From positions 67,891 to 99,890 of the forward strand of contig CAWHWJ010000020.1 of assembly GCA_963833015.1 (NCBI GenBank): DNA of 32,000 nt, written 5' to 3'. The position numbers were made by a program, and so were the translations under genes. Below are positions 27,485 to 32,000 of this stretch, one piece after another (position 1 is the first letter of the stretch; the number at the start of each line of letters is the position of its first letter). The DNA comes from an uncultured Acidobacteriaceae bacterium. GTDB taxonomy: Bacteria; Acidobacteriota; Terriglobia; Terriglobales; Acidobacteriaceae. The notes beneath the pieces are model-generated. The model ran no database searches. It was not told the DNA's origin and saw nothing but the letters and a program-made list of their open reading frames with translations.

Positions 27485-27530
27485 CTTGGAAATCCCTTTG
27501 GGATTACCACTATTGGAATGGTCCGCCGCC
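27485..27530 (+). repeat. Structured repeat, left copy (hairpin GGAAATCCC-TTT-GGGATTACC followed by a CCAC...CCGCCGCC tail)
   Basis: Read directly. It is related in sequence and order to 28633-28679 and lies 44 nt upstream of the IS110-type ORF. Confidence 0.6.
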
Positions 27531-27573
27531 TGGAACATCCGGACGATCATCTTAGCTGGCAGGAGGTTTCACC

Positions 27574-28599
27574 ATGGAGATTTCGACCATCGGCATCGAC
27601 CTGAGCAAGGCCACCTTTCACCTGATTGGTCTCGGCCCTCACGGTGACATTGTGCTTCGCAAGAAGCTCTCACGGAAGCAGCTCCTAACTTACACAGCAA
27701 CCCGCAGGCCGATGCTGATTGGGATGGAAGCCTGTGCAGGTGCTCACTATCTCGCTCGCGCCCTTCGGGATCAGGGGCATGATGCCAGACTCATGCCGGC
27801 GCAGTATGTGAAGCCTTACGTCAAGACGAACAAGAACGACTTCCTGGACGCGGAAGCGATTGCGGAAGCCGTTCAGCGACCGACGATGCGTTTCGTGCCG
27901 ATCAAGAACGACGAGCAGTTGGATCTGCACGCTACACCGTGTGCGCGATCGCTGGGTCGCAAGAAGAACGGCCGTGATGAATCAGATACGCGGATTTCTC
28001 CTGGATCGCGGGATTGCTATACGAAAAGGGCCTTCTTACCTCGTGACGCAACTGCAGGTCATCTTTACCGAGGGTGATTCTTCGTTTTCCGGAAGGCTAC
28101 TGCACTTGATTCGTGAGTTGAAGCATGAATGGGACGAGCTCGAAAGGAAGATCGCTGAAGCCAGTGCTGAGCTCGCCCACATCGCGAGATGGATGATGGC
28201 TGCCATCGCTTGATGGAGGTGCCAGGCTTCGGGCCAATTGTTTCGACAGCACTCGTTGCCGCGATTGGTAACGGCATCAGCTTCAGAAAAGGGCGGGACC
28301 TAGCCGCTTGGTTAGGGTTGGTTCCGCGGCAACGCTCGACAGGCGGCAAGACCAGACTGCTCGGCATTAGTAAGTTAGGCAATGAATATCTGCGCCGCAT
28401 GATGCTTCATGGCGCTCGATCGGTGGTGATGCAGATGGAACGAAAACCTTCTGCTCTCGGCGAATGGCTGACCAGTCTTTCGGCGCGACGTCACCGCAAC
28501 GTAACGGTTGTCGCTCTGGCCAACAAGATGGCTCGAATTGCATGGGCCATCTTGAGCAAAGGTACACACTACTCTGCACCGGCCTTCGTGGCGATCTGA
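27574..28599 (+). pseudogene. IS110-family (IS1111/IS5075-like) transposase with two frameshifts
   Basis: Three consecutive ORFs in different frames (27574.., 27860.., 28189..28599) jointly give a full IS110-type protein: MEISTIGIDLSKATFH..MEACAGAHYLAR..KTNKNDFLDAEAIAEAVQRPTMRFVPIK / ..LHRVRDRWVARRTAVMNQIRGFLLDRGI.. / ..EVPGFGPIVSTALVAAIGNGISFRKGRDLAAWLGLVPRQRSTGGKTRLLGISKLGNEYLRR..ALANKMARIAWAIL. The frame breaks are near 27925-27935 and 28175-28195. Confidence 0.85.
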
Positions 28600-28632
28600 A
28601 GCAAGGCTTGGAAAAGGCGCCCGTAGTTCGGG

Positions 28633-28679
28633 CTTGGAAATCGCTTCGCGATTCCACACTTTTCCAACCCTCCGACGAC
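28633..28679 (+). repeat. Structured repeat, right copy (hairpin GGAAATCGC-TTC-GCGATTCC followed by a CACAC...CCGACGAC tail)
   Basis: Read directly. It has the same order as the left copy, with one compensatory stem change (C-G to G-C). It lies 34 nt downstream of the IS110-type ORF. Confidence 0.6.
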
Positions 28680-28974
28680 GAAGTTATCCTCTCAAGTTTG
28701 CGAGACAAATCGATGTGTGAGTGAACGGTCTCAACCGGCTGTGTGGGAATGAGAACCCTTAGGAGTTCGACCCACTTTGTAGACCAGCGACGCGCGGACT
28801 CCATTATGGCCAGGAGCTCAGCTCCACAAACAGGCCGGATACATTTGCGCAGACCCAAAACACTCGCAACAAAGATTTAGCTTGCAATCTGACGGCGGAC
28901 CATACAATTCCCACGGCCTCGACTGCTGGCATATTTCAAGGTGCAAGAGTATGAGAGACCGAATCCAAGGCCTT

Positions 28975-30284
28975 TAGGAACTTGTTGAAATAGGTTCCTT
29001 CCTGCGACCGCGAGAGAGAGGTAATCGTCTAAGTGGCATGCGAGGAGATGAGCGGGTTCAGGATGGGATGTTCAGCTATGTGTCGCTGGAGCAGCGAGTG
29101 CCCGAGGACCATCCATTGCGAGCAGTGCGCAAGCTGACGGACAAGGTGTTGCTGTCGCTCAGCGGGGAGTTCGACCAACTGTATGCAGCAAGTGGCCGTC
29201 CGTCGATCGCGCCGGAGTATATTCTGCGGGCGCTGTTGCTGCAGGTGTTCTACTCGGTGCGCTCGGAGCGGATGCTGGTCGAGCAGATCGACTACAACCT
29301 GCTCTTCCGCTGGTTCGTGGGGCTGGGTATGGACGACGCGGTGTGGAATCACGCGGTGTTCTCGAAGAACCGCGATCGGCTGCTGACCAGCGAGGTGGCG
29401 CAGCAGTTCTTCGCCGAAGTCAACCGACAGGGGAAGAAGTTCATGTCGGACGAACACTTCACTGTGGATGGCACACTGATCCAGGCGTGGGCGTCGCAGA
29501 AGAGCTTCCGCAAGAAGGACGGTTCCGACGATGGTGACGGCTCGAACTTCCACGGCCAGCAACGTAGGAACGACACCCACGAGTCGACCACCGATCCGGA
29601 TGCGCGGCTCTACAAGAAGAGTTGCGGCAAGGAGTCGAAGCTGAGTTACCTGGGCCATGCGCTGGTGGAGAATCGCAACGGGCTGATTGCTGCCGCGATG
29701 GTCACGCACGCTGATGGATATGCGGAGCGCGACGCCGCGCTGTTGATGCTGGACGCCGAGCAGAAGGGCCGCTCCCGGCGTATTACTGTGGGGGCAGACA
29801 AGGCTTACGATACAAAGGATTTTGTAACCACGGTGCGGGAGTTGAACGTAACTCCGCATGTCACCAAGTACGAGAACGGACGCAGCAGTAGCCTGGACAG
29901 AAGGACCACGCGCCATCCAGGCTATGCCATCAGCCGGAGCCGGAGATGGCTAGTGGAGAAGTGCTTCGGATGGCTCAAGCAGACCGGACCTCTCCAACAG
30001 GTCAAGTATCGCGGCCTGGAAAAAGTGGACTGGCTGTTCGTCTTCAGTTGCGCGGCCCACAACTTGATCAGGCTGCCAACGCTGATCGCCCAACAACAAC
30101 CTACCCAGGCTCATGGAGCAGGGTGCCTGAAACCTTCTCTCAGCGCCTGAGATAGCCTCCATGGAGGTTCTCGGAACCGCACAAACACACTGAATAAGCC
30201 TGAGTTTCGAACTGATTTCAGCTCCGCACAAGATCCAATCCCCAATGAATCCGCCCCACTGCGGCGAATTTCAACAAGCTCCTA
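28975..30284 (+). mobile_element. IS5-family insertion sequence (~1.31 kb) with terminal inverted repeats
   Basis: The left inverted repeat is TAGGAACTTGTTGAAATA (28975-). The reverse complement of the right end is TAGGAGCTTGTTGAAATT (ends at 30284), giving 16/18 identity. The flanks read TTAG / CTAG, so a 3-4 bp TAG-type target duplication cannot be separated from the outermost repeat bases. Confidence 0.8.
29038..30150 (+). CDS. IS5-family DDE transposase (InsH-like N-terminal domain plus DDE domain)
   Basis: 370 aa. MRGDERVQDGMFSYVSLEQRVPEDHPLRAVRKL..GRPSIAPEYILRALLLQVFYSVRSERMLVEQIDYNLLFRWFVGL..VDGTLIQAWAS..ADKAYD are canonical for this transposase family. The reading frame is intact. 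Confidence 0.9.
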   Translation: MRGDERVQDGMFSYVSLEQRVPEDHPLRAVRKLTDKVLLSLSGEFDQLYAASGRPSIAPEYILRALLLQVFYSVRSERMLVEQIDYNLLFRWFVGLGMDDAVWNHAVFSKNRDRLLTSEVAQQFFAEVNRQGKKFMSDEHFTVDGTLIQAWASQKSFRKKDGSDDGDGSNFHGQQRRNDTHESTTDPDARLYKKSCGKESKLSYLGHALVENRNGLIAAAMVTHADGYAERDAALLMLDAEQKGRSRRITVGADKAYDTKDFVTTVRELNVTPHVTKYENGRSSSLDRRTTRHPGYAISRSRRWLVEKCFGWLKQTGPLQQVKYRGLEKVDWLFVFSCAAHNLIRLPTLIAQQQPTQAHGAGCLKPSLSA

Positions 30285-30349
30285 GACCTCAAGGGGGTTG
30301 TAATGGAGGTCCTTGGTCCAAAGTGTAACGAACGCTCAAGTTCACTCAG

Positions 30350-30473
30350 GGGACTACACCCTCAATCTCGACAGAAAACCGCCCCAACCAGATTATGGAT
30401 TCACCCTAAAACGTTCTTATGCCACAGATTAGGAAACAAATGACCCCCTTTTGTCGCGAACCTTTGCCAAACC
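30350..30473 (+). repeat. ~123-bp repeat R, copy 1
   Basis: GGGACTACACCCTCAATCTCGACAGAAAACCGCCCCAACCAGATTATGGATTCACCCTAAAACGTTCTTATGCCACAGATTAGGAAACAAATGACCCCCTTTTGTCGCGAACCTTTGCCAAACC is about 90% identical to 31217-31339. Confidence 0.85.
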
Positions 30474-30537
30474 TCAGAATAGACAGGGACACCGTCTGTT
30501 TTTCCATCGAACGGTTTGATCAACGTATCGCCTGGGA

Positions 30538-30570
30538 TTCGATGATCGAAATCCAGCCCGTTTTGCGCCA
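30538..30570 (+). promoter_or_regulatory. Bipartite motif copy B: TGATCGA-N16-GCGCCA
   Basis: TGATCG at 30543-30548, a 16-nt spacer, then GCGCCA at 30565-30570. The ATG of the cupin gene at 30594 follows with a 23-nt gap. Confidence 0.6.
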
Positions 30571-30593
30571 TTACAAATGACAGGAGAACCAAG

Positions 30594-31097
30594 ATGATAC
30601 AAGTTACAAATGTTGTCAAAGCCGACGAAAGAACAGTCCTGGATTTGCCCGACGGGGCGAGAATGGAACCTCTCAGCCCTTCGAGCGAAGACGCTTATTG
30701 CGTTATGAGGGGAACGATCCCTCCAGGTGTAAGCGTGCCCTTGCACAGCCATTCGGACGCCGAGAGCTTCTACGTGCTTTCCGGGGAAGCGGAAGCCCTG
30801 GTGCAGACCGCAGGCGGACTGGAATGGCAAAATCTCAGACCGGGAGACTTTATCCACATTCCTGGCGGCGCTAAACATGCATGGCGCAATCTTTCGAGCG
30901 AGCCGATGTCGACACTGATTACCTGCACTGCGAAACTTGGCCGCGCGCTTCAGGAGATGGGACAGCTCGCGAGCAAATTCGGCACGCAATTCCCCTCACC
31001 GTCCGCCGTTCGATGCCTCGTGGAAATATCGGAGCGTTATGGATACTGGCTCGGCAGCCAGCAGGAAAACGTAGCAGTAGGAATTCAGCTCACCTGA
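30594..31097 (+). CDS. Cupin domain protein
   Basis: 167 aa. VSVPLHSHSDAESFYVLSGEAEALV..GDFIHIPGGAKHAWRN is the two-motif cupin_2 signature. Confidence 0.85.
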   Translation: MIQVTNVVKADERTVLDLPDGARMEPLSPSSEDAYCVMRGTIPPGVSVPLHSHSDAESFYVLSGEAEALVQTAGGLEWQNLRPGDFIHIPGGAKHAWRNLSSEPMSTLITCTAKLGRALQEMGQLASKFGTQFPSPSAVRCLVEISERYGYWLGSQQENVAVGIQLT

Positions 31098-31216
31098 TGC
31101 TCGTCTTCGCACCGCGAACAATGCCAGCACAAGTGGACGGGGTTTCAGCTTTCCAACCGATCCGCTATCGGGGATCGCTGAGTTGTGGCCTCAGAGTGGT
31201 GCATGAGATTATCGTT

Positions 31217-31339
31217 GGGACTGCACCCTCAATCTCGACAGAAAACCGCTCCAACCAGATTATGGATTCACCCTAAAATGTTCTTATACCACAGATTAGG
31301 AAACAAGTGGCCCATTTTGTCGCGAATCGTTGCCATACC
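31217..31339 (+). repeat. ~123-bp repeat R, copy 2
   Basis: GGGACTGCACCCTCAATCTCGACAGAAAACCGCTCCAACCAGATTATGGATTCACCCTAAAATGTTCTTATACCACAGATTAGGAAACAAGTGGCCCATTTTGTCGCGAATCGTTGCCATACC. Confidence 0.85.
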
Positions 31340-31363
31340 CCTCTATAGCTAATGACCTGAGAT

Positions 31364-31396
31364 TTCGGTGATCGAGTTTCAAACGCCTTCGCGCAT
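31364..31396 (+). promoter_or_regulatory. Bipartite motif copy C: TGATCGA-N16-GCGCAT
   Basis: TGATCG at 31369-31374, a 16-nt spacer, then GCGCAT at 31391-31396. The ATG at 31420 follows with a 23-nt gap. Confidence 0.6.
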
Positions 31397-31419
31397 TTCT
31401 CCATAGAGGGAGAAACACA

Positions 31420-31614
31420 ATGGCTACCAAATCAAATTCCCAGCACGCATTTGCTGTGGAATTGCCGTCACTGGAGATGCACTGGATTTCGGAGGGAGGT
31501 CGCCTTCGATCTGTATGGGTGGCAAGTCAACCGGAAACATTTGATTTCAACCAGCCTCAGGGTGTAGCCGAGCTGAAAGGCAGCACTGAGTCTGGTGCGA
31601 AACGGGCGGCGTAA
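31420..31614 (+). CDS. Small hypothetical protein (64 aa)
   Basis: MATKSNSQHAFAVELPSLEMHWISEGGRLRSVWVASQPETFDFNQPQGVAELKGSTESGAKRAA. GGGAGAA lies 8 nt upstream as ribosome-binding site. The motif-to-ATG spacing is identical to copies A and B. No domain recognised. Confidence 0.45.
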   Translation: MATKSNSQHAFAVELPSLEMHWISEGGRLRSVWVASQPETFDFNQPQGVAELKGSTESGAKRAA

Positions 31615-31674
31615 AGTTCTCGTCCGTTCGGCAGGAGTTGACGGGCGTGTCGTTTGCTCAAATCTCTGTGTCAA

Positions 31675-31706
31675 GGTGTGATCGAGTTCCAGCTCATTCC
31701 GCGCAT
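31675..31706 (+). promoter_or_regulatory. Bipartite motif copy D: TGATCGA-N16-GCGCAT (no usable ORF behind it)
   Basis: TGATCG at 31679-31684 and GCGCAT at 31701-31706. AGAAGGAGAA follows, but only a 7-codon ATG ORF lies downstream. Confidence 0.5.
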
Positions 31707-31816
31707 TTCTTGACAGCGACAGAAGGAGAACCCCCCGGCGTCCCCGAAATGGGACTGGCCGCCGGCGCCTGATCCAACTCAAGCCTTCATCTCGAAAAGG
31801 AAGCTACGCGAGAGGC

Positions 31817-31848
31817 AGGATGATCGAATTTCACCGCATTTATCGTAT
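31817..31848 (+). promoter_or_regulatory. Bipartite motif copy E (degenerate second box): TGATCGA-N16-TCGTAT
   Basis: TGATCG at 31821-31826 and TCGTAT at 31843-31848. It lies 105 nt upstream of the ATG at 31953. Confidence 0.4.
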
Positions 31849-31952
31849 TACATCGTAGAAGGACCGCATCACCCGCTCAGTCGCTTCTGTGCCATGGAAG
31901 AACCAACGATACGACCTACCAACATAGCAACGCCGACAAGGAGGCAAAGACT

Positions 31953-32000
31953 ATGGCTCGCATTCCCTATGCGACGACGACGCAGTACGAAGAGTTGATG
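31953..32000 (+). CDS. Partial CDS (5' end only), possibly a carboxymuconolactone decarboxylase/AhpD-like family protein
   Basis: AGGAGG lies 9 nt upstream. MARIPYATTTQYEELM... resembles the common MARIPY.. N-terminus of CMD-family proteins. Only 16 codons are in the window. Confidence 0.35.
   Translation, partial: MARIPYATTTQYEELM

Noticed and set aside
30350-31950. Integron-like cassette array (small same-strand ORFs separated by ~123-bp repeats reminiscent of VCR-type attC sites)
   Set aside because: No IntI-type integrase or attI is nearby. The repeats lack convincing RYYYAAC/GTTRRRY cores. Intergenic units of 240-320 nt are too long for attC. The repeats lie upstream of promoter-like motifs rather than directly after each ORF.
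1-32000. CRISPR arrays, rRNA genes, and toxin-antitoxin pairs
   Set aside because: I saw no regularly spaced 25-40 nt repeats with unique spacers, no rRNA-like sequence, and no small adjacent gene pair with recognisable toxin or antitoxin motifs.

Overview
The window looks like an Acidobacteriota-type chromosome. That call rests on two tandem PadR-regulator plus ~870-900 aa duplicated FtsX/MacB-like 'ADOP' permease pairs, a pairing I know mainly from that phylum. All homology calls come from reading the supplied translations; no searches were run.

Layout:
- 1-9.1 kb: ordinary high-GC genes. These are a Gfo/Idh/MocA oxidoreductase, a Tat-signal beta-propeller lactonase and the two PadR-ADOP pairs, each with a CTACC...GGTAG palindrome upstream.
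- 9.2-13.3 kb: visibly AT-richer and partly ORF-poor. It holds iteron-like GGGTCACTG repeats, a GGCAAT repeat array, and two 19/20-identical direct repeats of a tRNA-Ser 3'-end sequence. Those repeats bracket a 1.5 kb islet carrying a small Cys/His protein and an AbiTii-like (abortive-infection) protein.
- 13.3-20.1 kb: an outer-membrane barrel gene, then an RND efflux operon (adaptor, permease, NodT). The permease reading frame is broken by a 1-nt insertion.
- 20.4-21.6 kb: tRNA-Ser(CGA) with a tyrosine integrase abutting its 5' end, which is an unusual geometry.
- 21.7-30.3 kb: a mobile-element-rich accessory region. It contains Tn3- and IS481-type transposase fragments, an apparently intact group II intron, an FAD/BBE oxidase and a methyltransferase as cargo, a doubly frameshifted IS110/IS1111-type element flanked by covarying hairpin repeats, and an intact IS5-family element with inverted repeats.

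The observation I rate highest is a recurrent bipartite motif, TGATCGA-N16-GCGCAW. It occurs five times between 24.3 and 31.9 kb. Three copies sit exactly 23 nt from the ATG of a small or redox-type gene, and two of those also share a ~123 bp upstream repeat. This looks like a dedicated promoter/operator regulon module that I cannot assign to a known motif.
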